Below are positions 35,834 to 46,487 of a stretch of DNA of 64,000 bases, in pieces (the first letter of the stretch is position 1; every line of letters starts with the position of its first letter). The position numbers were made by a program, and so were the translations under genes. The stretch spans positions 1,368 through 65,367 of IMG/VR virus record IMGVR_UViG_3300021090_000019. One strand, 5' to 3'. The DNA is from a virus (taxonomy: Duplodnaviria; Caudoviricetes). The notes below the pieces were generated by a model, which saw only the letters and a list, made by a program, of their open reading frames with translations, ran no database searches and had not been told where the DNA came from.

Positions 35834-38800
35834 CTATTTCTTGAAAGTCTTTTCCCACCAATCAACCGCTATGTCCATCGTTCTCCGGTCCTCTGCGTCG
35901 ATTGAGCCCATGTATTTCCTTCGTAACTTAATCGGAATAAATGCCACCGGATGAGACTTTTTCATCGAATTTCGGATATCCTCCCTTTTTCCTCCAAGCC
36001 TCGTATATTCGTCAAGCCATTGCTTGGCCGTGGCCTCGTCATCGAATCGTTTCGCCTGCTTGTAATAATAAAGGGCGTTCGAGCGCCTGGTAGGACTAAC
36101 GTCGGGCACTTCATAGCCTTCAGTCTTCAAGAAATTGCTGATTTTCTCAATAGTAGAATAGTAAGCCGACTCGCCAGGCTCGGAGGTATAGGCGATCGTA
36201 TTGAGCAACGGGGTCAAAAGCCCCCTGATAGGTTTTGCCGCTGGCAAGATCCCGGCCTTACCCGCTGCATAATGAGCGTACCGATAAGGAACGTCCATCG
36301 AGATCGATTTGGCAAGGTGTTCCCATGGGTCTCGGATGGCCCTTGGTTTAAACATCTCGGGGTACAGGGTTTTCCCGGTAAGGGCTTCGACAGCTCCCTT
36401 CTCGATTGGACGTGCTCCGGAGAAAAGTTTCTGCATAGGGGCCTTCAATGCCTCGTCGAACTTCTTAGACCACGGTACTTTCCCGCTAACAACGTCCTTA
36501 AAGTCCTGCGGAAAATCCTCCATTCCAAACCAATTAAGCGCATCCGATAGGGCACCCTGGAAACGAATCGATATAACGGACCCATCGTCTCTTCTCCCAA
36601 GAATAAGATGAAGCTGGTTTCGCTGTGCTCTCTGCATCTCGTCGTCCTCGTCAGGGAAGAAGACGCCGTTCCAAAGATTGACCAGAGTGTAAAGCATCGT
36701 TGCCCTGATCCCAAGACCAACGCCTGCCCTGGCGGTAGCGGCCGCTCCGATCCGAAGGCCAGCCGCGCCGCCTCCTTCATGTTTGATATTCTTCAATAAG
36801 CGGACATAACGAGGCGCGTTGATTTCAATCCACGAATAGAAAGGGATCATGTGTTTTCTAAGCCACTGGCCGCTCTCGGAGATGTTGCCATAGTCTCCTA
36901 CAAGCTCCCTTGCCAGCTTCGCCGCCTTCAGGGTCGAATCCGTTATGGCATCGATCTCCTCTCTTCTCGATGCTCCGTAAGGTGTCTTGCCAGAGGCAAT
37001 TTGGTCCTGGAAGTACCGATACGAGGCAAGGCGGAGAATGTTCTCGCGGAAGTTGTTGAATTCCTTCACCCCACCCCAATAGCGTTGGACAACTCCGGGA
37101 TTTGCACCAACGAGGGCCTTGAAAATCCCGGCCTCATTGATATCCGGAATCTCTTTAATGGTCATTCCGGATCCGATCACATCGCTCTTCATAGCGTCCT
37201 CGAGCATCGCCTTCTGTACCGGGGTCGCCCGGCCACGAAAGTCCGACCAGAGGTCCTTGATCGACGAGGTCAGATATTGCGAGGGCTTCATGTAGCGATC
37301 AAAGATGATCCGATGATTATAAGCAATGACGATGTCCAAGTCACCGCTCAGGTTGTTAATCCAATACTTCATGACCCTTAACGGGTTAAAGAGGATCCAC
37401 TGTTTCCAGGAAGTTTGAATCGCATCGGCGCCTCTGAGGATGATACCTTCGGGCTTGAAGTCCCGGAAGTTATCCAGTGTCTGTGCCAGCTCGTCCGGAA
37501 TAACCCACTGGGTTCTCTTTTGCCCAACAGCGAGCACTACCCTGAGATCATCCCAGGTAAGGGGCTGCCCCTGGTTCAAGACCCTGTCAACAACCTTATC
37601 TGTGAGAGAGAAGGTATTGAAGAAAACATTTCCCTTCTTTGGCTGCCACAACCTGTACTCGGGGAAATGCTTCAAGGCATCTCTCCAGTCTGAATAACCC
37701 TGCCTGAGAGCCTCTGCCTTCACCTGTCCAGAGACATCGTCATTTTTCTCGATCTCATTCAATGACTCCTTGGTCATGATCTGGCTCTGCATTTGTGCCA
37801 GGACTTCGAACTCTGCCTGAAGGTACTCTGTATTATAGGCGAGCCCGGATCCTTTCCGCGCGATCATGTAGCCCTTCTGGTGGGTCCGGAGATCTTCGCT
37901 CGACACCCGGGGTCCGTAATATTTCAGATTCATATACTGCATGACCTGGTGGTGATAATACCGGTCATCCTCCTTCGCGCTTTCGTTCAAGAGCTTCAGG
38001 TCTACCGATCGATCGACAAGCTGCTTCATGATGTTTTGCCGTCGATCGAAGGCGTCCATCATTCTTGGAGAGGCGTTGGCTGTGACCTTTGCGTAGTCTC
38101 TTTGCACTTGGGAGAGGTCCGTATAGCCAAAAGGTTTCTCGGTAGCCAGGTCCATAAGGCCGCTTTCGGCATCCCGGATGATGTCCGGGAGGATGACCAT
38201 CTTTGAAAATCCCCAATACTCTGCCTTATCGAGAGGCTTCAGAATTTCTTCGAGTCTTGCCTGTGCCCACGCAATGGCTTTTTCAGGGACACTCTCTGCC
38301 CGGCGAAGGATGTCCTTCGTCATCCCGAATTTGCTATTGTCGGCCAGTCTGGGAAAATGCTCCGTGAAAGATTGCTTCAGTTTCAAATAGGTCTGGGAGA
38401 GTTTGTCGAACTTTGGTTGAGTGTCGAACCCCTTAGCTTCCCGCATCTCTTTTTCTACCGCCGGATCGTCAGATTCAAAATCAGACATCTGAACAGCGAA
38501 CCGGGTTTCTCCTTCCGGGTTAATCGCCTGGTCATCGAAGACTACATAGTTGAAACCGCCCTCGTCTTTTCCGTGGATGGTCCCTGAAGGGTACTTTATC
38601 CCATCGATACCGGCATTCCTCAACAGAAAGAGCGATGCTTCTTTTGATCCGATCTTACGCTGCACCCCGGGGTGATCGGTATCAGCCTCTTTCCCAAATC
38701 GCGTCTCCAGGGCATCATAAAGATACTGTCCGCCAGGCAAAACGTCCGGGTCCATTAATGTAGCGAGTAAGCCTCCAAGGTCGTAGTCTTTCACATCAAT

Positions 38801-41800
38801 CCTACGGATCATTAAGTTGCCGTATTTCACCGAGTCCAAAAGGCTATCCTTCAGCGTTACTCCAGATCCCGCCATCTGTCCAGATTCATCATAGATCTCA
38901 TATTGCCGACCGAGATGATTGTTTGGGTTCTTTTCGAACTTCCAACCCTCGGGAACTCTTCCGCCACGGAGGTCCACCATTAATTTTTTCCAGACATCGA
39001 ATTCGGCCTGCATCCCTTGACGTTTTACGAGGGCATCGGCTACCTTCTCTCTCTGCCGATTGGTGACGGTGTCATCCCAAGTCAGATAATCATACTGCTC
39101 TGGGGTCTTCCCTTGGTGTAGCGTGACCTTCTTAACGATCCGTGTGGGCTTTTCTGGGACACCCTCAAATGCTTTTGGAACGTCTTCCTTTGAGAAATTG
39201 TATGGTTGGTTCATGAGCCAAACGGGGAACGGGCCCTGTTCGTAGATATAGCGATTGAGATCTCTCATCCCATATTCGAATTCGCTTCCAGTATAGAACT
39301 TATACCCATTGGGATTCGGCCTGATAGCTCCCAAGCGGTCCAGGGTTTCTCTTTCCTCCCTGGTCACTTTCCAGGGATCGGTCCCCATCTTTGCGAATAT
39401 CCTGTCGTATTCAGCTTCTTTCTCCGCACCCCAGGTACTTTTGAATTTAACGATACTCGGATCATTCATCCCGGCGGGGTGATATTCATATTCCGTCCTC
39501 GCCTGGCCAGCCAACAACCTGTCGATCCAGCCTTGCACAATGGCGCGTCTTCCGGCGGGAGAGGTCGCCTGTTCTCCGATGTTACCGACAGCCTCCTGGA
39601 ACTTGGCATTCCCCTGGTTCTCTGCATACCAGCGGGCGATGTTTTCCTGATCTGTGAAATAAAGACCCCAACCGAAGGCCTGCGAACCGGCTCCCCGGTT
39701 TATGGCCTCCGAGCTGAACTGCGGGAACTCAAGCGCAGTCCCATGGTACAGCGGTCCAATCTGTGCGCGGTCGCCGGGCAATGGGGCAACCCTTGATAAT
39801 CTCTTGTCAAGTTCCTGCATGGAGACCTGCCCGGCAAGGCTTCCCTTATAAGCGCGCCCGAAGATGCTTTCCGCATTGTCGAACCCGAGACCGGTTAAAT
39901 AGTTACGAAGACTTTCGAAGAAATTTCTGATCCTATTAAAGATCCCCTTGACGGACAGAGGAAGGGCATTTCTTTTCTTCATCGCCCAATCTGCGAAGGC
40001 ATTCGACTGGATCTCCGTTGTATCCATGCCCCCGGCGGAAGGAAACTTATCGGCCAGCATCGCTCGTTCTTCGTTGCTGAGGAAGATTTCCCATACGGTA
40101 TGAAAAGCTTCATGGTATGCGGTACGGCCAACGGCTCCCGGGGTCTTTCCCTGCGTGGCAACCTCGATCATGGAGATGACGGATCCACTTCGAAGACGAT
40201 AAAGCTTCTGCCGTCCACCAACGCTTCTACCTTGAAGCTCCATCCTGTAAAATTCCTCTGGGTTCGCTCCCGTGGGCGCAGGTCCGAACCAGTATTTGAG
40301 AGCGGCCTGGTTTTTCGGGTCGTTGACATCAAAATCCAGTTGTGGCTTGAAATCTACTCCGGATTTGGCGGGAAGGATCTTTAAGATGTGGTTGACGATC
40401 TCTTTGAGTTGATCAGGGGTTGCCTGACCCTCGACGGGTTTTACTCCGGTTTCTTTTGTACGGGGTCCAGCCTCACGCCTTTCAACGGATAGCCTCTGAT
40501 CTGAAGGTCCTCCAAATAGGCTCGGAGTGCCACCGCTCCCTGGTTCTTCTCTTGTGGAGATTGCACCGGGTAGCGCCTCTCTGATCTGGTTGTAGACCTC
40601 TGTCTTAACTTTCTTGGCATCTTCCCCCTCCGATAGCCGTTCGGCTCCCTTGGTTATTATATCAGAAATCGGTCCTTTTGACCTCTTTAAAGCGTCAAAG
40701 ACCGCCAGCATTTTATTCGCATCCTGGGATATCTCCCTACTGGCCTCAGCCTTGATCTCCTGACCAGGTACACGCGCAAGCTCCTCTGCGTTTCTTGCCA
40801 CCATACCAAAAATCTTCTTGTCTTTGGCGAGTTCTTTCGCAATATGAGCCTGAATAGCGGCCTTTTCGAAGATCAAGGATTTCTTTGTCGTTGTGGTTCC
40901 AAAGAGATCTGTCTGGGCCATCTCCTTAACCGGAGCGGCGTTGACCTGATCAACGATCTCCCTAAGCACGTCGTTGGTGATCTTTATTCCTCTCTTCTCC
41001 TTCGCTTCGACCGCCCGAATGACTTCGTTCTGGAGATCCTGATCTTTGATTCCCCCGCCGATAACAACCGCCCTCTCGTATGGGAACGTCTTGTTGATCA
41101 CTCCCTTAAAGATCCATTCGGCGAGGTTGGCCAGCGCCATAGCGTCACGCTGCAATCCCTTGGTAAACGATATCCCCTTGTCCTTCAGGTCTTCTTCGCT
41201 GTAAGAAGAGTCCCTAAAGAACTTTGCAGCATCGATGACGGTCCCCTGCCCTTCAGCAATATTCTGAAGAGCGCCATGCACTCTGGCCGTTGCAGCGGTA
41301 GGCGCGTCGATATGATAAACAGGGATGTTCCGGACACCCATGTCCCTGGCAAAAACCGTTCGGTTATGCCCATTGACCGCGTACCATTTCCCGTCTGCCG
41401 GATCCTTCCAAACGGAGATGACTCCGAAGAGGGCCTTATCAAAAACCCTTGCTCCCTTTAGGGATCCAGTGGCACCGGTCGCCTCCCTGTTCTCCAGCTT
41501 GTACTGGAACCGATCCGGATCGAGCTCGATTTTGTCGATCGGGAAATTGTCAGCGACCTCATTGGGTTTTGGTTCCGTCTGGACAGCCGCCTGCTTGATT
41601 GGGGTCATTGCCTGGACGGCCTTCCAATCTCCGGCTGCGCCGTATGGGGCTTCGTTGCCAACCCGTTCACCGGAGATGCTGCGGATGGCGTCGTCCCTCG
41701 TCTTGAATGTTTCGTGCCCCGACGGGCCTCGATCGTCAAGCCAGGTGATCCTCCATGGATCCTGGTCCGGGTAGGTATTCTTTGAAACAATCGCCTGCCG

Positions 41801-42229
41801 GAGCGGATCTCGGGTATTAACAAATCGAACGGTATCGGCATCCCCGGCAACCGCCATGTTGTAGGTGACGCCCTCGTCAATCCTGGTCTGATAGTCTACC
41901 CTCTTTTTCTCCGCCGCCGCCCTGGCTTCCTCTTTTGTCTTCTTACCGGGGGCCTGCATCAAGGCCGGTTCTCCTGGTCCCCCTTCTCCCTGAGTAACCG
42001 CTACTGGAGCCTTCTCCACGATTTCATACTTGCCGGTAAAGGGCTTTGTGGAAACCTTCAGATCCCCCCTTGCGACAGCACGTTGTAGGATGGATTCCGC
42101 TTCCTTAGCCGTGACCCTGATATTGTTCGTAGCCAGCGTACGTCTCGCCAGGTCCATCGATGCCATGCCGGAAGCCCTGGCCGACTCCATCACCATGTCG
42201 GCCAGCTCGTCCATGGAGTGACCCGCCAT
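35834..42229 (-). CDS. Large polyvalent virion/ejection protein (ParB-like, zincin, ART-like domains)
   Basis: DPDRFQYK...YAVNGHNR; HEAFH; LYHGT...GWGLYFTD...GIDGIKY...NYVVFD; helical C-terminus. Confidence 0.85.
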   Translation of the reverse strand: MAGHSMDELADMVMESARASGMASMDLARRTLATNNIRVTAKEAESILQRAVARGDLKVSTKPFTGKYEIVEKAPVAVTQGEGGPGEPALMQAPGKKTKEEARAAAEKKRVDYQTRIDEGVTYNMAVAGDADTVRFVNTRDPLRQAIVSKNTYPDQDPWRITWLDDRGPSGHETFKTRDDAIRSISGERVGNEAPYGAAGDWKAVQAMTPIKQAAVQTEPKPNEVADNFPIDKIELDPDRFQYKLENREATGATGSLKGARVFDKALFGVISVWKDPADGKWYAVNGHNRTVFARDMGVRNIPVYHIDAPTAATARVHGALQNIAEGQGTVIDAAKFFRDSSYSEEDLKDKGISFTKGLQRDAMALANLAEWIFKGVINKTFPYERAVVIGGGIKDQDLQNEVIRAVEAKEKRGIKITNDVLREIVDQVNAAPVKEMAQTDLFGTTTTKKSLIFEKAAIQAHIAKELAKDKKIFGMVARNAEELARVPGQEIKAEASREISQDANKMLAVFDALKRSKGPISDIITKGAERLSEGEDAKKVKTEVYNQIREALPGAISTREEPGSGGTPSLFGGPSDQRLSVERREAGPRTKETGVKPVEGQATPDQLKEIVNHILKILPAKSGVDFKPQLDFDVNDPKNQAALKYWFGPAPTGANPEEFYRMELQGRSVGGRQKLYRLRSGSVISMIEVATQGKTPGAVGRTAYHEAFHTVWEIFLSNEERAMLADKFPSAGGMDTTEIQSNAFADWAMKKRNALPLSVKGIFNRIRNFFESLRNYLTGLGFDNAESIFGRAYKGSLAGQVSMQELDKRLSRVAPLPGDRAQIGPLYHGTALEFPQFSSEAINRGAGSQAFGWGLYFTDQENIARWYAENQGNAKFQEAVGNIGEQATSPAGRRAIVQGWIDRLLAGQARTEYEYHPAGMNDPSIVKFKSTWGAEKEAEYDRIFAKMGTDPWKVTREERETLDRLGAIRPNPNGYKFYTGSEFEYGMRDLNRYIYEQGPFPVWLMNQPYNFSKEDVPKAFEGVPEKPTRIVKKVTLHQGKTPEQYDYLTWDDTVTNRQREKVADALVKRQGMQAEFDVWKKLMVDLRGGRVPEGWKFEKNPNNHLGRQYEIYDESGQMAGSGVTLKDSLLDSVKYGNLMIRRIDVKDYDLGGLLATLMDPDVLPGGQYLYDALETRFGKEADTDHPGVQRKIGSKEASLFLLRNAGIDGIKYPSGTIHGKDEGGFNYVVFDDQAINPEGETRFAVQMSDFESDDPAVEKEMREAKGFDTQPKFDKLSQTYLKLKQSFTEHFPRLADNSKFGMTKDILRRAESVPEKAIAWAQARLEEILKPLDKAEYWGFSKMVILPDIIRDAESGLMDLATEKPFGYTDLSQVQRDYAKVTANASPRMMDAFDRRQNIMKQLVDRSVDLKLLNESAKEDDRYYHHQVMQYMNLKYYGPRVSSEDLRTHQKGYMIARKGSGLAYNTEYLQAEFEVLAQMQSQIMTKESLNEIEKNDDVSGQVKAEALRQGYSDWRDALKHFPEYRLWQPKKGNVFFNTFSLTDKVVDRVLNQGQPLTWDDLRVVLAVGQKRTQWVIPDELAQTLDNFRDFKPEGIILRGADAIQTSWKQWILFNPLRVMKYWINNLSGDLDIVIAYNHRIIFDRYMKPSQYLTSSIKDLWSDFRGRATPVQKAMLEDAMKSDVIGSGMTIKEIPDINEAGIFKALVGANPGVVQRYWGGVKEFNNFRENILRLASYRYFQDQIASGKTPYGASRREEIDAITDSTLKAAKLARELVGDYGNISESGQWLRKHMIPFYSWIEINAPRYVRLLKNIKHEGGGAAGLRIGAAATARAGVGLGIRATMLYTLVNLWNGVFFPDEDDEMQRAQRNQLHLILGRRDDGSVISIRFQGALSDALNWFGMEDFPQDFKDVVSGKVPWSKKFDEALKAPMQKLFSGARPIEKGAVEALTGKTLYPEMFKPRAIRDPWEHLAKSISMDVPYRYAHYAAGKAGILPAAKPIRGLLTPLLNTIAYTSEPGESAYYSTIEKISNFLKTEGYEVPDVSPTRRSNALYYYKQAKRFDDEATAKQWLDEYTRLGGKREDIRNSMKKSHPVAFIPIKLRRKYMGSIDAEDRRTMDIAVDWWEKTFKK

Positions 42230-42262
42230 TTGTGCAGGTGTCCCCAGGTCCTTCTCAAAATC

Positions 42263-45097
42263 TTAGAATCGTGGTGCCAGAAACGATTTGTCACCCCGGC
42301 GCACAGCATCCTTCGCTTGGGCTTTCACGTATTCGGCATAATCGAGGTTCGCCTTATAGATCTGAACGTGTTTCGCGTCCGGGAAGATAACGTCGATGGG
42401 TCCCCACTCGCCGAAATTGAAGGTTCTCCTGTTCTCAGGGGTGATCTTTCCCTTGACAAGCTCTGGTTCTGCTTCTACACTGACCGTAGGAGGTTTCCCT
42501 ATGGCTGGCAAAATTCCTTCCTGGATAGGTTCTGTGGCAAGACTCGGAGATGGTAGATTGGTTTGGGCACCCCCTGGCAATTCCCCCATACTGGTTGGTT
42601 CCGGTAAGGGAGATTGGACTTCCGCCCGAGAGGCCTCGCCAGGAGTCAAGGTGGGCGCCGTGACGGAAGCAGCTCCACTCACAGACGAAGAAATCCTCTC
42701 TCTTGTGGAAAGCGGGACACTGTCCCAGTAATCCCTCCACATAGCCGTGGATTTATGGAGATCCTTCTTGTATAGCAGTTCCTCTTCTGGAGTCATTGAA
42801 TTGAAATCCTGGTCCGTGTAGTTCCTCCAAGCCCAATAAAGCTCGTCGGATTTCATCTTCAGATCCCAAGACTCCTTCGTGTGAATTTGAATCTCCCCAT
42901 TAATCCCATCCCCAAGAGGCTTAGAAGCATTAATACCCCTATAACCAAAGTGGTTGAGGGGCTGCATGACAGTGATCTCTATTTCAAACCCGCGCTTTTT
43001 CAACTCCTCGACTGCCTTCTCTGCATCCTCCCATCTTTCGACATAGATACTCCCCCTGGCGTGGTCCTTTGGAGAGAGGATATCGTATTTCTTCCCGGCG
43101 GCAACCTTCCGGATCGTCTTTTCGAGTAACGACTTTGCGCTTTTCGCTATTCCAAACCATGTGGATCCTGGAATAGATACAGAGATCTCCTGCCCTTCCT
43201 TATCCAAGAGAGGCTGTTTTTCGGTTTTGGTCAATCCCTCGACCTCTTTCGCTCGTCTCCAGGCATCCGGCCATTTCTCTTCGGCCATCTTCTCGAAGTC
43301 ATCTTTGGCTTCTCTATGCGCTTCCTTCTTGGCTTCCTTCGCGGCTTCGAAACTTCCGGCAGCCTGCTTCTGGATCCCCGCTGGAGCGGTGGGCTTCGGA
43401 GAGGGTTGCGCGGGTGTTCCGGTGGGGACAGTACCGGTTGGGGTTGGACCCATCCCCGAAGCCACCTTTTGAGCGATGTCCTTTATAGGCATATCCTTAA
43501 ACGCCGGGTCTCGTCCGGATGCGGCGGCAAAGAACTTCTGAGCGAACTCAGATGCCTTTGCCGGGTCTGTAATACCCATAGAGTCAGCGACCTGTCTTGC
43601 TTGAGCGGTCACGGAGTCGAGAGCCTTAGCGTGTCCCATCCGGAACATATCCTCAGCCTCGGATCTCCTCCTCGTCATGGTCTCAATTTGGCCAATTATC
43701 TCAGCCCTCGATACCGGATCCCGCCCCCTGGTTCTCAGCGATGAGGTCAGATCGGCGATCTGCTGATCGGCGGTTTTTAGGAAATCATTGGTGGTTTCCT
43801 GGGTTTGAACCTGATTTGATAGGAACTCTGCCGGGGTTTGATCCCAGACATTGCCATAAAGGTCTGGGTACGTGGCCAGAGATGGTCCAAAGATACCACC
43901 CATTTGCCCCGTTTTACCCTTTCCCTGTGGCGCTGTTGGCCCCGTGGGCTGCTTTGGCGTCCCGCCCATGGGTGAGGGTGCCCCTTCTGGGGCCTTCCCT
44001 CTTTCAAGCCCTTCCGACGAGAGGATCGTGTCCAGGTCGATGGGTTCTCCCTTGGAGATCTTGTCGGTCGCGAAGGTTCCCCATTTCCTGGCCACATCCG
44101 GATTATCTTCGGCCAATTCCCGGGCAATCCGGAGGGCTGCCGACATCCTGTCTTTCGCCGGGGTCTTCTCATCACCTATCGCCTTTTCTATCGGTCCTGC
44201 CTGAAGGCGTTGTGCGGTCCTTCCAGCGGCACCGGTCAGGCCGGTCATGATCAAGGTAGGTGGAATAACCCCCATAGCCTCCTTGAACGGCTGTGCTTCT
44301 GGACGGATCCCCTGGAGTTTTTCCGCTTCTGACTGGATAAGCTGCTGGCCAATTTCTGTGCCAACCTCAACCGGCGCAGTTTTTAGGGCGAGTTCCTTCA
44401 GGAAGCGGCTAAGCGTTGGTTTGACAGCCTCCTTCAGCGTGACCCCTGCGACTGGTTTCGCGAGGGTCATAAGTTTCGTGAGGTACTTTGTACCCAGGGT
44501 CTCTCCAATCCACTCAGTCAGGCCTGTCACATAGGGGGCTACCCCAGGTTCAACGCCACGCTTCTCTGCTTCCTCTTTGGTTTGTTGATACTGTGCGGCT
44601 CCATAGAGGGCTGGCAACGCATAGGCCCCGCCGGTCATGGCAAGACCCGCAACCTTAGCGGCCGGGTGGGGAATAGCGCTCAACACCCTTCCCCCTGTTG
44701 CCAATGCCGCCGGGAGAACGCTGAGAGGAATCATTTCCCCTGCCTGCTCGAACCATCCCTTTTCTCTTCTCTTTTCTTCAGGTCCTTCTACTGCCGCGAG
44801 GGATTCTATCGGTTTACCGATCGAAGGGAGAAATAGCCCGAGTCCTTTGCCGATCTGTTCCGGTACGACGGTAGTTACACCGCGTTGCAACCCACGCGCG
44901 AGACCTTCGGGGGCTCCGAGCGGAGAAGGTGGGCGTGATTTTACACCGGGCGACGGAAAAGCCTCTATCCCGGGGGATGGCTGTTCAAACGGATCTTTGA
45001 AATCAATCCCCTGGCCGAAGTCCGGTTTCATGATACCGCCAGCCAGGGGAATGTCCTCTGTTCTTCTTTCGAAGGGATCAACGAAATCGAGAGCCAT
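42263..45097 (-). CDS. Ejection-type protein with RelA/SpoT-like domain; in frame with 35834-42229
   Basis: Ala/Gly-rich N-terminus; K...S..EK, D..R, GYRGIN, EIQIHT. Confidence 0.8.
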   Translation of the reverse strand: MALDFVDPFERRTEDIPLAGGIMKPDFGQGIDFKDPFEQPSPGIEAFPSPGVKSRPPSPLGAPEGLARGLQRGVTTVVPEQIGKGLGLFLPSIGKPIESLAAVEGPEEKRREKGWFEQAGEMIPLSVLPAALATGGRVLSAIPHPAAKVAGLAMTGGAYALPALYGAAQYQQTKEEAEKRGVEPGVAPYVTGLTEWIGETLGTKYLTKLMTLAKPVAGVTLKEAVKPTLSRFLKELALKTAPVEVGTEIGQQLIQSEAEKLQGIRPEAQPFKEAMGVIPPTLIMTGLTGAAGRTAQRLQAGPIEKAIGDEKTPAKDRMSAALRIARELAEDNPDVARKWGTFATDKISKGEPIDLDTILSSEGLERGKAPEGAPSPMGGTPKQPTGPTAPQGKGKTGQMGGIFGPSLATYPDLYGNVWDQTPAEFLSNQVQTQETTNDFLKTADQQIADLTSSLRTRGRDPVSRAEIIGQIETMTRRRSEAEDMFRMGHAKALDSVTAQARQVADSMGITDPAKASEFAQKFFAAASGRDPAFKDMPIKDIAQKVASGMGPTPTGTVPTGTPAQPSPKPTAPAGIQKQAAGSFEAAKEAKKEAHREAKDDFEKMAEEKWPDAWRRAKEVEGLTKTEKQPLLDKEGQEISVSIPGSTWFGIAKSAKSLLEKTIRKVAAGKKYDILSPKDHARGSIYVERWEDAEKAVEELKKRGFEIEITVMQPLNHFGYRGINASKPLGDGINGEIQIHTKESWDLKMKSDELYWAWRNYTDQDFNSMTPEEELLYKKDLHKSTAMWRDYWDSVPLSTRERISSSVSGAASVTAPTLTPGEASRAEVQSPLPEPTSMGELPGGAQTNLPSPSLATEPIQEGILPAIGKPPTVSVEAEPELVKGKITPENRRTFNFGEWGPIDVIFPDAKHVQIYKANLDYAEYVKAQAKDAVRRGDKSFLAPRF

Positions 45098-46476
45098 TAC
45101 TTTCTCCCGTACCGGCGGTTGAACTCATATTCGAGCTGCATGTCACTCATTTTTGACCCCTGTGCCTTTGCCGCAGCCTTGAATGCAGCCACATTGGGAA
45201 CGCCACCACCCGAAGGCGCACCGGGTTTCCCAGGTGATGCGGGACCGGAGCCGAGTACATAGTTCATCAACTCTTTCCGCTGTGTCCGGTAATAGCCTGC
45301 TTCATTTTCATCCATCGCGTTCCGTTCGGCCTCGACCAATTCGCGGATGACTCCAGGAAGCGTATGCATGAGGAGTTGTTGCTGTGGGCTCACATCTTTC
45401 GGATTCACCCCGCTCATGATCGACTCCCATTGTTTGTTTTGCGGGTTGTACTGCATTGTCACAGTATTTTCCCCCTGCCTTCCTGTCACCGTGGAAGGTG
45501 CCTGTCCTGCAAGGTGTTGAGCCCTGGCATACCTCTCCGCCATCTCTGCCGGAAGCCCCGTCCGTTCGAGCTCGGACTTCGTATTGTAATAATTGGCCTG
45601 TGCAAGCTCTGAAATGTTTTTCGCGTTCCCGGGTCCATACTGCATACCCGCCTCATAAAACTTCGTCGGGATCGCAGCTCTCCCCGTTGCCATGCCCGCC
45701 AGCCTTTCCTGAAGGTCAGCGATGTTCTTGGTTGCCTGGGTCTGCATAGTGCCCGCAAGCTTCTTATCCATCGGAAGCCCGAAACCCTGGAGCATAGATT
45801 TATTTTTCTCGATCAGCTCGCCGATCTGTTTTTCATACGGTCTTTGTTCCTCAGTGATCCGATCGAGGAAACGTTCATCCGGATGGGCGTCATAATAAGA
45901 TCTCGGACCGGGGGTCATCTCTTTTTCCCATGATGCTCTCTGAGCGTCGATTCCAGAGAACAGGTTCGCTCGCGCCATCGCGTCACCCGCAACGTTCGGG
46001 GGCCCAAAGGAAAAGCTGCCCTGATCAGCCAGTTCTCTTTGAGAGAGATCCCATCCGGAGGGCACCGCATTATTTGGCGCTGCCCCGGATCCTCTCGCCG
46101 ACGGTGGCGATACTGCAGGAGTTGTCCCGCGACTAAAAGCCTCCGGAAGAATCTCCGCCCCGTTGAACAATTGACCTCCCTGGACCCTTCCTTGTGTCGC
46201 CCATGGGGTCCTTCCCTGGAGACGAGGCATAATCTTGTCGAGAATTGATATCGGGATCGATTCATAGAGCATCTTCTCCCGATTCATAGTGATCGTGTCT
46301 TTCGGGGTAGGAGGGAGGGCGGCTGGCACAGCCGAAGGTCCATTCATGTTCGTATAAGGATCGGATGGAGATCCCTTGCCTCCCATGCCAGAAAGATTGC
46401 CTGCCGCGATCCTGCCCTCCGACCTGGCGTATTCCCCAAGTTCCGGATACTGATCTTCCATCCAGTTTGTTCCCAT
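45097..46476 (-). CDS. Putative internal virion / DNA ejection protein
   Basis: Position and low-complexity helical composition. Confidence 0.6.
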   Translation of the reverse strand: MGTNWMEDQYPELGEYARSEGRIAAGNLSGMGGKGSPSDPYTNMNGPSAVPAALPPTPKDTITMNREKMLYESIPISILDKIMPRLQGRTPWATQGRVQGGQLFNGAEILPEAFSRGTTPAVSPPSARGSGAAPNNAVPSGWDLSQRELADQGSFSFGPPNVAGDAMARANLFSGIDAQRASWEKEMTPGPRSYYDAHPDERFLDRITEEQRPYEKQIGELIEKNKSMLQGFGLPMDKKLAGTMQTQATKNIADLQERLAGMATGRAAIPTKFYEAGMQYGPGNAKNISELAQANYYNTKSELERTGLPAEMAERYARAQHLAGQAPSTVTGRQGENTVTMQYNPQNKQWESIMSGVNPKDVSPQQQLLMHTLPGVIRELVEAERNAMDENEAGYYRTQRKELMNYVLGSGPASPGKPGAPSGGGVPNVAAFKAAAKAQGSKMSDMQLEYEFNRRYGRK

Positions 46477-46487
46477 AGGTTTTCTCC

